Shown here one piece after another: positions 19,046 to 27,478 of a DNA stretch of 50,610 nt; position 1 is the stretch's first letter, and every line of letters begins with the position of its first letter. The notes below the pieces were generated by a model. It searched no databases. It was not told the origin of the DNA and was given only the letters and a program-made list of their open reading frames with translations. The position numbers and the translations under genes were made by a program. The stretch is from an uncultured Rhodospirillaceae bacterium (GTDB lineage Bacteria; Pseudomonadota; Alphaproteobacteria; UBA9219): positions 14,651 through 65,260 of the forward strand of contig CAZVCG010000005.1 in assembly GCA_964626265.1 (NCBI GenBank). The letters are read 5' to 3'.

Positions 19046-20400
19046 TCGCTTCGCTCATCTCGATAAAACAGTTTACCATGTTTGCGGCCGAATTCCTCAA
19101 GCACAGCCTCATAAATGGACCGCTTGAACGCAACTGCTTCGGCGATGACTTCGTTCGGCGTTGCCCAGCGCCATGCCTGGAACTCCGGATGATCCTTACC
19201 GATATTGATATCGCTGTCTTGGCCTATAAAGCGCATCAAGAACCACTTTTGCCGCTGCCCTCGATAAGCAAGCGTCCGATCATTAATCACAGCATCGGGC
19301 GGATAATCATATTCGTACCAATCGGCGCTTTCATCTATAATCTCGGCTTTATCGGTGCCAATCTCTTCCGATAGTTCGCGTAAAGCCGCTGCCTGAGGTT
19401 TTTCGTCCATGTCAATGCCTCCTTGGGGCATTTGCCAACCTCCACTGCCATATCCTTGCCGTTGAGCCAGAAAAATTAGCCCATGATCGTTAACAAGCGT
19501 TATTCCTGCGCAGGGACGATAGGGCATGTCGTTTTTTCCTTTTCCCATAAGAGAACAATAGATCGATAGCCGGTCGAACAAACTTTTTATTTCAGATCGC
19601 AAACGCCAATCGTTATTACTGAATAGTGCGATGAGCCTATCTACAATCTGTCGGCGTTCGGCAACGGAACATTTGGGCATACAGAGAGAACAAGCCGTAA
19701 AGGCGATCCATGGGTCGTTATCATCCGTTAACCGCCAAAGCTCTCGAGGCAATTCATCGTCGCGATAGAGTTCCGCAAACAGGTTTAAGGCGCTCCGTCT
19801 TTGCCGGTGGCTGGTTTCGGATTCGTTTTCACCTATATCTTGACGAGTCGCCAATTTCAGAAGGGCGGGACAAGCTCTCGCCCCGAGCTTGATAAAAGCG
19901 TTCTCGGCTGCATGTCGACAGAAGTCTTCAGCTAATGCTACAGAGAATACAGGCATAGCCTCTTCGCGGCGATAGTCCCCTAACGCTTCTATAACGCCGG
20001 GCAGGAGTTTGTTTTCCGCCGTTCTCAAAAGAAGCGAAAACATCTCTTCGCTTTTCCACGCCGTTAAAGCGCGCGCAGCGGCGCTTGCAACGGCATCTTC
20101 ACCGGTCTGCTCGACCGGATCGTCATATGTACGCAGATTGGTTAAAATTTCCGTAAGCGCTTCCTTGGCCCCCAGAGCCGCCAACGCGGTAATAGCCTGA
20201 CACCTGGGCTGGTACATTCCGCTTGGATCGCGTGTAAAAACGTAATCGCGGAGCGGCTTTATGGCTGCATGACCACAGGAGATAAGTTCAACCACAGCAT
20301 GATCGCCTTCGCGCAGGTTACGCAATTTGGCGATCGCTTCGTAGATGCGCCGCTCCAGATCGCCGGAAACTGTGTCGGTCATAGTCTCCATCGTCTTCAT
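19042..20400 (-). CDS. HEAT-repeat domain fused in frame to an RppH-type RNA pyrophosphohydrolase (Nudix)
   Basis: N-terminal HEAT-like helices. The last 161 aa have 'YRPCAG', 'WQMPQGGID', Nudix box 'G.....E..QAAALRELSEEIG' and 'YRGQRQKWF'. Internal ATG at 19527 with an AAGGA SD. Confidence 0.85.
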   Translation of the reverse strand: MKTMETMTDTVSGDLERRIYEAIAKLRNLREGDHAVVELISCGHAAIKPLRDYVFTRDPSGMYQPRCQAITALAALGAKEALTEILTNLRTYDDPVEQTGEDAVASAAARALTAWKSEEMFSLLLRTAENKLLPGVIEALGDYRREEAMPVFSVALAEDFCRHAAENAFIKLGARACPALLKLATRQDIGENESETSHRQRRSALNLFAELYRDDELPRELWRLTDDNDPWIAFTACSLCMPKCSVAERRQIVDRLIALFSNNDWRLRSEIKSLFDRLSIYCSLMGKGKNDMPYRPCAGITLVNDHGLIFLAQRQGYGSGGWQMPQGGIDMDEKPQAAALRELSEEIGTDKAEIIDESADWYEYDYPPDAVINDRTLAYRGQRQKWFLMRFIGQDSDINIGKDHPEFQAWRWATPNEVIAEAVAFKRSIYEAVLEEFGRKHGKLFYRDERSD

Positions 20401-21095
20401 TTAACCCGTCTGACAAAACTCAGGTTGACCAAGCCCGCCATAAGTTTCACGCCACTTATCGCAGCGCGATGTTCATTCTCGTTGATTGAGTCTCTATCCA
20501 TTTTGTCATGCTTTGATCTGTAATTTTTCATATCCTCAGCGACTCGTTTTAGATATCGCGCCTGACGCGCCAATAAGCCGCAGATGAGGACAGGGTTATC
20601 GAGTGCACCAATTAGGCCTAAAAGATGACGGAGGCACAGAGCCGATATGCTGTCCGTCGCGCTATCGCCGTTTATTTGCTGAACAGCGACCGCGATGGCT
20701 TCTGCCTCTGCATGCGCGCAAACCTCGCAGATCGAGCAAGAACTGTCCGTAGGAAGCAGCGCCTCAATTTTTGCGATGCTCTCCTCTCGAGGATCCGTAA
20801 GCTGAAACAGATATTCGGCCCAATACTCCAGAACGGCGCTGTACGATATGCACAGACTGCGCGTATCCGCCATCGAGGCATATTGCCACGTGTGGAGGGC
20901 GCAAAGCCCCCCATTTTTGGCAAGCATTTCGCGTTTGAGGGGGTCGGCGACAACATCATGCTGAAAGCTGCAGATAAATTTAAATCGTTCTTGATCAACA
21001 GTACGGCAAATTTGGCAAAACGGAACAAACCCTTCCGATTTGCAGGCCGACGACTGTTTTTCAAGCTCTTGCGCAAGATAAGACTCAGTCATCAT
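20397..21095 (-). CDS. Cys/His-rich protein with duplicated CxxC...CxxH motifs (DUF6062-like, probable Zn binding)
   Basis: 'CQIC...GGLCALH', then 'CSIC/CEVC...LCLRH'; overlaps both neighbouring genes. Confidence 0.7.
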   Translation of the reverse strand: MMTESYLAQELEKQSSACKSEGFVPFCQICRTVDQERFKFICSFQHDVVADPLKREMLAKNGGLCALHTWQYASMADTRSLCISYSAVLEYWAEYLFQLTDPREESIAKIEALLPTDSSCSICEVCAHAEAEAIAVAVQQINGDSATDSISALCLRHLLGLIGALDNPVLICGLLARQARYLKRVAEDMKNYRSKHDKMDRDSINENEHRAAISGVKLMAGLVNLSFVRRVK

Positions 21096-21909
21096 CAAGC
21101 CATTGTGGGCGACCCACATTGCAAGATTCGTAGAGCTGGCGGAACAATGGGGCCAACACTTTCGCCGGAGATTTATTTTTGAATTCGCCTTCCGCAGTTA
21201 TACTGTTAACTTCGCATTTTCCTATGCCTTCCGAGTGCGCGTAAAAACTGTAGGGGATAAAAGGAACGCGCAAAGCTTCGCCCTCAATGCCTTCCAGCCC
21301 CGCCATCCACCTATAGGGAGGATTTATTCCAAGCCTTTTAAGAAAAAACACATAGCCGGCCAAAGCTCTTCGCATGTATTTTTCAATGATTGGGGGGATG
21401 CCCGATCCGGCCAAAATCCTGAGTGAATGCGCATCGATTCCCCAGAACTCGCCCGTAGAGAAAATAAAGGAAAGCAAATCCGCAGTTAGTATCTTGTCAT
21501 CGATATGCACATTTTTCGGTCTTGCCTGTGGGTTGTACACATCTTCTATTTGGGGAGCTATGTTGCCTACGCTTGCGTAAGAACCGTACCCGTCTTCCGC
21601 TCGAATGTGGAATATATCGCCATGGATCAAGTCGAAGCCGAGCGGCATCAACAACGGGTAACCGTTGGCCATCCTTCTTAATTTTTCAATTTCAAACGTT
21701 CTATCGGGTTTTTCCGCGGACATAACGCGTAGCCAAATGGTCGGGCCTTTGCTGAGCCAGACTTCCTTGCCGATTTTGTCGTGCCTAAATGGAAGAATGT
21801 CATCAAATACGCCCAGCGGTTCGCCTTCGGCACGAAAGCTGGCTTGCGATTTGGACCCTTTAATGGGAGTGGCCGAGGATAAGAGCTTGTTTTCGCTTAC
21901 GATTTCCAT
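21085..21909 (-). CDS. Hypothetical protein (274 aa)
   Basis: ATG at 21909 with an AAGAGG SD; first gene after RS3. Confidence 0.7.
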   Translation of the reverse strand: MEIVSENKLLSSATPIKGSKSQASFRAEGEPLGVFDDILPFRHDKIGKEVWLSKGPTIWLRVMSAEKPDRTFEIEKLRRMANGYPLLMPLGFDLIHGDIFHIRAEDGYGSYASVGNIAPQIEDVYNPQARPKNVHIDDKILTADLLSFIFSTGEFWGIDAHSLRILAGSGIPPIIEKYMRRALAGYVFFLKRLGINPPYRWMAGLEGIEGEALRVPFIPYSFYAHSEGIGKCEVNSITAEGEFKNKSPAKVLAPLFRQLYESCNVGRPQWLDDD

Positions 21910-21991
21910 GCCGTGCCTCTTTCCGGCTTTAGCCGGATATAATCCGAGCGTGAAAACGGCATAAAAGATCCCGCCATGCGCTTTCACGCGG

Positions 21992-22037
21992 CAGGAGTCA
22001 TCATCCCTTTCGGGCAGTATCGGGGAACTCCATCCCT
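21992..22037 (-). promoter_or_regulatory. Fluoride riboswitch, copy RS3 (variant)
   Basis: Minus strand AGGGATGGAGTTCCCC-GATACT-GCCC-GAAA-GGGA-TGATGACTCCTG. Confidence 0.85.
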
Positions 22038-22046
22038 ATTGGCTGA

Positions 22047-22075
22047 AATTTACAGAACTTAATCCTTCAAGTCAA
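22047..22075 (-). promoter_or_regulatory. Putative sigma70 promoter for RS3
   Basis: TTGACT-N17-TAAATT; the -10 ends about 9 nt before the aptamer. Confidence 0.7.
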
Positions 22076-22104
22076 TTAAAGTATTTAAGAATGACAGTAA
22101 GCAT

Positions 22105-22133
22105 TTGACGCCTAAAGAAACCGGGCTTACCCT
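22105..22133 (+). promoter_or_regulatory. Putative sigma70 promoter for RS4
   Basis: TTGACG-N17-TACCCT. Confidence 0.6.
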
Positions 22134-22153
22134 AATTTGTATTCGAATCTTAT

Positions 22154-22197
22154 GGAGATGGAGTTCTCCTGAACCGCCGCAAGGCTGATGACTCCTG
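22154..22197 (+). promoter_or_regulatory. Fluoride riboswitch, copy RS4
   Basis: GGAGATGGAGTTCTCC-TGAACC-GCC-GCAA-GGC-TGATGACTCCTG is a canonical match. Confidence 0.95.
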
Positions 22198-22294
22198 CCG
22201 CGCGAGAGGCGCAGTGGGGGATTTTTCCTGCGAGGTTAGCGGGAGTTTCTCGTGCCGTTCTCTCGCGTCTTACCAAAACACTGCGCGAGGGGTT

Positions 22295-23524
22295 ATGACA
22301 GACACAATCGGCACAATAAATAAAAAAAGAGTCAAAGCTAACATGCCTCGCGCCATTTGGGCTCTCGGCTTCGTCAGCCTTTTCATGGATATATCCTCGG
22401 AGCTTGTGCATAGCCTGTTGCCGGTATTTATGGTGACGACGCTCGGCGCATCGACTCTCTCTCTAGGGATTCTCGAAGGATTGGCCGAAGCAACGGCATC
22501 AATTACTAAACTTTTTTCAGGCACATTGAGCGACTGGCTGGGTAAACGCAAAATATTGGCTGTCATCGGTTATGGATTATCCGCCTTGACAAAGCCCCTG
22601 TTTCCTCTCGCCCAGTCCATCGAATGGGTTTTCACTGCGCGTATCATTGACCGGGTTGGAAAAGGCATCCGTGGCGCGCCTCGCGATGCTTTGGTAGGAG
22701 AATTAGCGCCGCCTGAATTGCGGGGCGCTGCATATGGATTGAGGCAGTCGCTTGACACTGTAGGCGCATTCGTGGGCCCGATTATGGCCGTGTTATTGAT
22801 GCTTATTTTTGCCGGCAATATTCGGGCAGTCTATTGGTTCGCCGTTATTCCGGGCATCCTTGCCGTTTTGTTGTTGCTTTTTGGCGTACAGGAACCCGAA
22901 CGAAAAGACAATGCCAAGCCAACGCGTTTTCCGCTTAAATGGAGAGAGTTTGCTAAACTCGGCGGAGCGTATTGGTGGGTGGTTCTGGTGGGCGGCGTTC
23001 TTACATTGGCGCGGTTCAGCGAGGCTTTTCTTGTGCTTCGCGCTCAAAGCGTTGGATTGCCGATTGCTTGGGTTCCGGCCGTTATGGTGGTCATGAGCGT
23101 TGTTTACTCCTTGGCCGCGTATCCGGCTGGTATTTTGTCGGATCGTATAAACCGACATTTTGTACTGACGGCAGGCACAGGGATTCTTGTCATCGCCGAT
23201 CTTGTGCTGGCTTTTGCGGATAGCGTCTCGGGAGTCATGATCGGCGTTGCTCTTTGGGGCTTGCATATGGGCCTTTCTCAAGGACTTCTGGCGACGCTTG
23301 TAGCCGACACAACGCCGGAAGAACGGCGAGGCACGGCTTTCGGCATGTTTAATCTTGTAAGCGGGGTTTTACTTTTGGCCGCAAGCGCTCTTGCGGGACT
23401 TCTATGGGATCGTATCGGGCCAAACGCGACGTTTCTTGCCGGAGCCGTTTTTACATCTGTCGCCTTTATAGGTTTGCTTTTTACCAATTCAAAAAATCGC
23501 AGAAACGGCGGCAATACCGCATGA
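22295..23524 (+). CDS. MFS transporter
   Basis: 12 TM segments; motif A 'GTLSDWLGKRK' and 'GILSDRINR'; 'DISSEL', 'DRVGKGIRGAPRDAL'; GAGGGG SD. Confidence 0.93.
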   Translation: MTDTIGTINKKRVKANMPRAIWALGFVSLFMDISSELVHSLLPVFMVTTLGASTLSLGILEGLAEATASITKLFSGTLSDWLGKRKILAVIGYGLSALTKPLFPLAQSIEWVFTARIIDRVGKGIRGAPRDALVGELAPPELRGAAYGLRQSLDTVGAFVGPIMAVLLMLIFAGNIRAVYWFAVIPGILAVLLLLFGVQEPERKDNAKPTRFPLKWREFAKLGGAYWWVVLVGGVLTLARFSEAFLVLRAQSVGLPIAWVPAVMVVMSVVYSLAAYPAGILSDRINRHFVLTAGTGILVIADLVLAFADSVSGVMIGVALWGLHMGLSQGLLATLVADTTPEERRGTAFGMFNLVSGVLLLAASALAGLLWDRIGPNATFLAGAVFTSVAFIGLLFTNSKNRRNGGNTA

Positions 23525-23859
23525 AGAGTTTCAACGACGCCCTTTTTGCCAACAGGTTTATGCGTATCAGCATGGCGACATGTCCGGGCCATCAGATCAA
23601 CAATTGGCAGGTAGCGGGGGTCGCGTGGTGTCGCGATCGTCACAGTTATTACGGTCAGGCCTATTCCTTTCAATGCGACGCCTATACATTGACATTCTCC
23701 GGACGTCGTTCGTGGGCAATACTTTATGTTAACGAAACGTGGTGGGACGAAGCCGGAAAGGCCGTGGTGCGCAGCACGCACTGGGGCCGCTTGCTGCGTG
23801 GGAACAAGTCGGATGTTTTTGCGTGGTTCAAGGCGCAGGAAGAGGCCCTGCCGATATGA
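23521..23859 (+). CDS. Small Trp/aromatic-rich hypothetical protein (112 aa)
   Basis: ATGA overlaps with both the MFS stop and the dynamin start. Confidence 0.75.
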   Translation: MKSFNDALFANRFMRISMATCPGHQINNWQVAGVAWCRDRHSYYGQAYSFQCDAYTLTFSGRRSWAILYVNETWWDEAGKAVVRSTHWGRLLRGNKSDVFAWFKAQEEALPI

Positions 23860-25658
23860 CGATGACCTATGAACAAATCAAAGAGGCTCTCTGTGGCATA
23901 ATGGAACGCCTGTCACAGACGACACGGAAGGAAACCGAACAAGCCCTTTCCCCAATTAAGGCAAAGCTTGAGGCGGAAACCTTCAATCTCGTCGTCTTAG
24001 GCCAATTCAAGCGCGGCAAATCGACGTTCATCAACGCGCTTCTCGGGGCTGATATTCTACCGACAGCCATTATTCCGCTCACCTCAGTTGTTACGGTTTT
24101 GCGTTACGGCACTGATGTGAAAGTCAAGGCGCGCTTTCTTGATGGCAGAGAGCAAGTAAACGGTCTCGCAGCCTTACCCGCCTTCATCACAGAACGCGAA
24201 AACCCTCAAAACAGGAAAGGCGTCAAGGAAGTCGAGGTGTTCTATCCTTCCGATTATCTGAAAGGCGGCGTCAGGATCATTGATACGCCCGGCGTCGGTT
24301 CAATCTATAGTCACAATACGGACGTTGCGCTGGCGTTTCTGCCTCATGTCGATGCAGGCATATTCGTCGTATCCGCCGATCCGCCAATTTCCGGCAGCGA
24401 ACATCGGTATCTGAGCGAAGTTCGTTCTTATGTCAGCAAACTATTTTTCGTGCTCAACAAGATTGATCTGGTCAATGAGAGCGAGCGACAGGAATCTCTC
24501 GAATTCACAAGGAACATTCTCGAGCAGGACTTGGGCGCGGAAAATGTGAGAATCCTGCCGCTTTCGGCGCGGGCGGCTTTGGAGGCCAAGAAAAACCAAA
24601 ACGAGGCAGAACTCAAACGCAGCCTATTGCCGGATTTTGAAAAGCAATTGAAAGCGTTTCTCGTTCACGAAAAAGGAAAAGTTTTTCTGACCTCTATCGC
24701 CAACAGACTATCACGACTTGTCGCGGAAGAAACCGTTTCGTTTCAACTAGAACAGAAGGCCATTGCTTTGCCGCTAGAGGAACTCAGCGCCAAAATAGCG
24801 CGTTTTGAAAAAGAAGCCAAAGACATTCAAAAAGAACGCGAACACAGCGGCTATTTGCTTGAAGGTTATCTCAAAAGCATTATAGCCCAATTGGACGAAG
24901 ACATCCGTATTTTCCATAAAGACAAACACAAAATCCTCCATGAAGCCCTGGAAGCGGAATATTTGCGGCTTACACAACAAGGACCTGAAAACCTGCGTGA
25001 GGAGCTTGAACGATTCGTCTTTGCGAAAATTCGAGAAACGGTTTCTGTTTGGCGTAATGAACTAACGGAGAAAATCTCCGATCAACTTGAAAATACCCAT
25101 CGAGCCTTTGCTGATAAAACAAACGAAACAATTGACCGCATCGTTAAACTGGCGGGCGATATTTTTGACCTTAAACTGGAGCCCTTTACATCGGTGGAAA
25201 AACTCGATCGCAAAAGCGACTTCTATTTTCTGCTGAAAGACAACCCTGTCAGTCTGGACATGATTGGTCTGGCGGTGACATCGGTTCTCCCGCTCTTTAT
25301 CGCCAAAAGAATCATTCTGAGAAATATGAAAACCTCAGTCAGCGATCTTCTGGATCGTCATTGCGGGCGCGTTCGCTATGATCTTGTGAGCCGGATAAAT
25401 ACCACAGTTCAAGAGTTTCGGCAGACTCTCGACGAAAAGATAGAGGTGACGCTCAACGGGATACGCGGTTCCTTACAAAACGCGCTCGTTTTAAATCAGA
25501 AAAGCAGTGCCGAGATAAAGAGAAACACGGCCATAATCTCGCAAAAACTTGATGACCTGTTGAAAATCCGGAATGATCTCGCGGAATATTCCGAAGCCAT
25601 TGAGAAAAACTTGTTCATTGATTCAAAAGCCTGTCTTGAAAGAAAAATATCTCTCTGA
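23856..25658 (+). CDS. Bacterial dynamin-like GTPase
   Basis: G1 'GQFKRGKS', G2 'PTAIIPLT', G3 'DTPG', G4 'NKID'; long helical stalk. Confidence 0.9.
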   Translation: MTMTYEQIKEALCGIMERLSQTTRKETEQALSPIKAKLEAETFNLVVLGQFKRGKSTFINALLGADILPTAIIPLTSVVTVLRYGTDVKVKARFLDGREQVNGLAALPAFITERENPQNRKGVKEVEVFYPSDYLKGGVRIIDTPGVGSIYSHNTDVALAFLPHVDAGIFVVSADPPISGSEHRYLSEVRSYVSKLFFVLNKIDLVNESERQESLEFTRNILEQDLGAENVRILPLSARAALEAKKNQNEAELKRSLLPDFEKQLKAFLVHEKGKVFLTSIANRLSRLVAEETVSFQLEQKAIALPLEELSAKIARFEKEAKDIQKEREHSGYLLEGYLKSIIAQLDEDIRIFHKDKHKILHEALEAEYLRLTQQGPENLREELERFVFAKIRETVSVWRNELTEKISDQLENTHRAFADKTNETIDRIVKLAGDIFDLKLEPFTSVEKLDRKSDFYFLLKDNPVSLDMIGLAVTSVLPLFIAKRIILRNMKTSVSDLLDRHCGRVRYDLVSRINTTVQEFRQTLDEKIEVTLNGIRGSLQNALVLNQKSSAEIKRNTAIISQKLDDLLKIRNDLAEYSEAIEKNLFIDSKACLERKISL

Positions 25659-25905
25659 AACAGGCCTCGGCTGACGGTATTTACGACAGCCACGTTTGTT
25701 ATGAAACGGTTCGCGAGAAAGGAGCGCGGATGGTCGCGCCGTCGCGGGAAATTGCTGTTCTGCCCCGAGGCGACCGCCTCACAATGAGAGTTTACACGCC
25801 CGCGCCATACGTGATTGCAAACGGCGAGGCCGCGCCGTATGGAAATGGATTTTCGACAATCCATGTCGCAAATACTGCAAGGTCTTATAGTGGCTTTTAG
25901 AGGTT

Positions 25906-26463
25906 CTATTTCGCCGACAGGATCATCACGATCTGGCGGCCTTCGAAGCTGGGTTCGCTTTCAACCTTGCCAATGGGCTCAAGTTCCTCTCGTACGCGCT
26001 TAAGGAGCGTTTGCGCGATTTCCTGATGCGACATTTCGCGGCCACGGAAACGCAGTGTGATTTTCACCTTGTCTCCTTCTTCGAGAAATGTCTTGGCGTT
26101 GCGCATCTTAATGTTGAAATCGTGGTCGTCGATCATCGGGCGGAGCTTGATTTCCTTCAGCTCGATCACCTTTTGCTTTTTGCGGGCTTCGGCGGCCTTT
26201 TTCTGCATCTCGTATTTGTATTTGCCCGAATCCAGAATCTTGCACACCGGCGGCTCGGCGTTAGGCGAAATTTCGATGAGGTCAAGACCGGCTTCTTCGG
26301 CTAGAGCCATGCCTTCGCGCACGGTCATAACACCGCGCATTTCCCCAGTTTCATCGATGACTCGTATTTGTCGGGCAATGATGGCGCCGTTAATGCGGGG
26401 GCCATCCGTTTTTTCTTTCCGGAAGCTCTCTTGGCGGTCCCGGGTTATGGGTGGACGGACTAT
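25906..26463 (-). CDS. infC: Translation initiation factor IF-3 (AUA start)
   Basis: 'GPRIN..I', 'PPVCKI', 'KEIKLRP', 'FRGRE'. The frame is open upstream to ATA at 26463, with an AGGAG SD at 26471-26475. Confidence 0.95.
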   Translation of the reverse strand: MVRPPITRDRQESFRKEKTDGPRINGAIIARQIRVIDETGEMRGVMTVREGMALAEEAGLDLIEISPNAEPPVCKILDSGKYKYEMQKKAAEARKKQKVIELKEIKLRPMIDDHDFNIKMRNAKTFLEEGDKVKITLRFRGREMSHQEIAQTLLKRVREELEPIGKVESEPSFEGRQIVMILSAK

Positions 26464-26845
26464 GGAAAATCTCCTCTATCTGTTGCGTACAAAAAACCTC
26501 CGGGCGAAAAACAGCCGTTTGCCCGTAATGGGTTCTATCGTGGCGGATTTTGCAGGATGAAACAAGACTTAAAGCTTGTGGCTACGCGCCCTCAGACAAG
26601 AAGCCCTATGGGTGTGGCCTAGACATCAAAGCCTTGCTGCGGCGGCTGGTGGACTACAAGGCTCTAGTGCGCGCTGAATTCAAGTAGGAATTTATCAAAA
26701 AACGCTATAAATGAACGAAAATCCATATTTATCATAGAGTTAAAATAGAATTCAGATAATATCATAATAGATAAAAGCCCCCATATAATAGAGAAATAGT
26801 CTATAATATTGGCAAAACGAATTATATCATTTATGATGATTCAGC

Positions 26846-27478
26846 ATGATAACAGTTCCTCAAATTAAAGCCGCGCGCGCCCTTTTGGGATGGACGCAAA
26901 AAGAGCTAGCCAAGGTCAGCGGGATATCTTTGGCGGCCATAGCGCAGATCGAAAGCGGCGCCGGAAACCCGCGCGTCGTCACTATGACGATCATTCAAAA
27001 GGCGTTCGAAAAGTACGGCATCGAGTTTTCCGACGATCCCGGCGTGCGCATTCAGCAAGAGCCGTTCGACGTTACCGTATGGCAGGGCAAGGAAGCAATC
27101 GACAATTTATGGAATGATATCGAGGAAACCCTCAGTAACGGCGGCACTCTTTCGGTTAGCGCTGTACAGCATTCGATATGGGAAGGCTTTTTCCCCGGCA
27201 AGGTCGAATACATCTACGAAAGGCGGCGCAAGAAAAACATTATGACGCGCGGCCTGTTTTCCAGAAAAGAAGACAATACGGCATGGCCACCCGAAGCTTG
27301 CCGCCTTGTGCCGCTCGAAGCCCTCAACACGCACACGCCTCATTATATCTATGCCGATAAGGTCGCGCTCGTGAAGCTGACCGATCCTTTGCGCGTCGTA
27401 CTTATCCGCAACCCGACGTTGGCGGAAAGCTTCCTGAAGCAGTTCCAGTATCTGTGGGATACGGGGAAAAAGTTCTAG
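26846..27478 (+). CDS. XRE-family HTH regulator with C-terminal effector-like domain
   Basis: '[23 protein letters not shown]...IAQIESG'; AT-rich upstream region. Confidence 0.85.
   Translation: MITVPQIKAARALLGWTQKELAKVSGISLAAIAQIESGAGNPRVVTMTIIQKAFEKYGIEFSDDPGVRIQQEPFDVTVWQGKEAIDNLWNDIEETLSNGGTLSVSAVQHSIWEGFFPGKVEYIYERRRKKNIMTRGLFSRKEDNTAWPPEACRLVPLEALNTHTPHYIYADKVALVKLTDPLRVVLIRNPTLAESFLKQFQYLWDTGKKF

Noticed and set aside
25660-25900. attR duplicate of the tRNA-Val 3' end
   Set aside because: Only a 7-bp match (TGTCGCA near 25864), which is expected by chance.
26573-26662. Weak inverted repeat (CTTGTGGCTAC...GTGGACTACAAG) as a MITE or sRNA
   Set aside because: Too short and imperfect, single copy, and no terminator.
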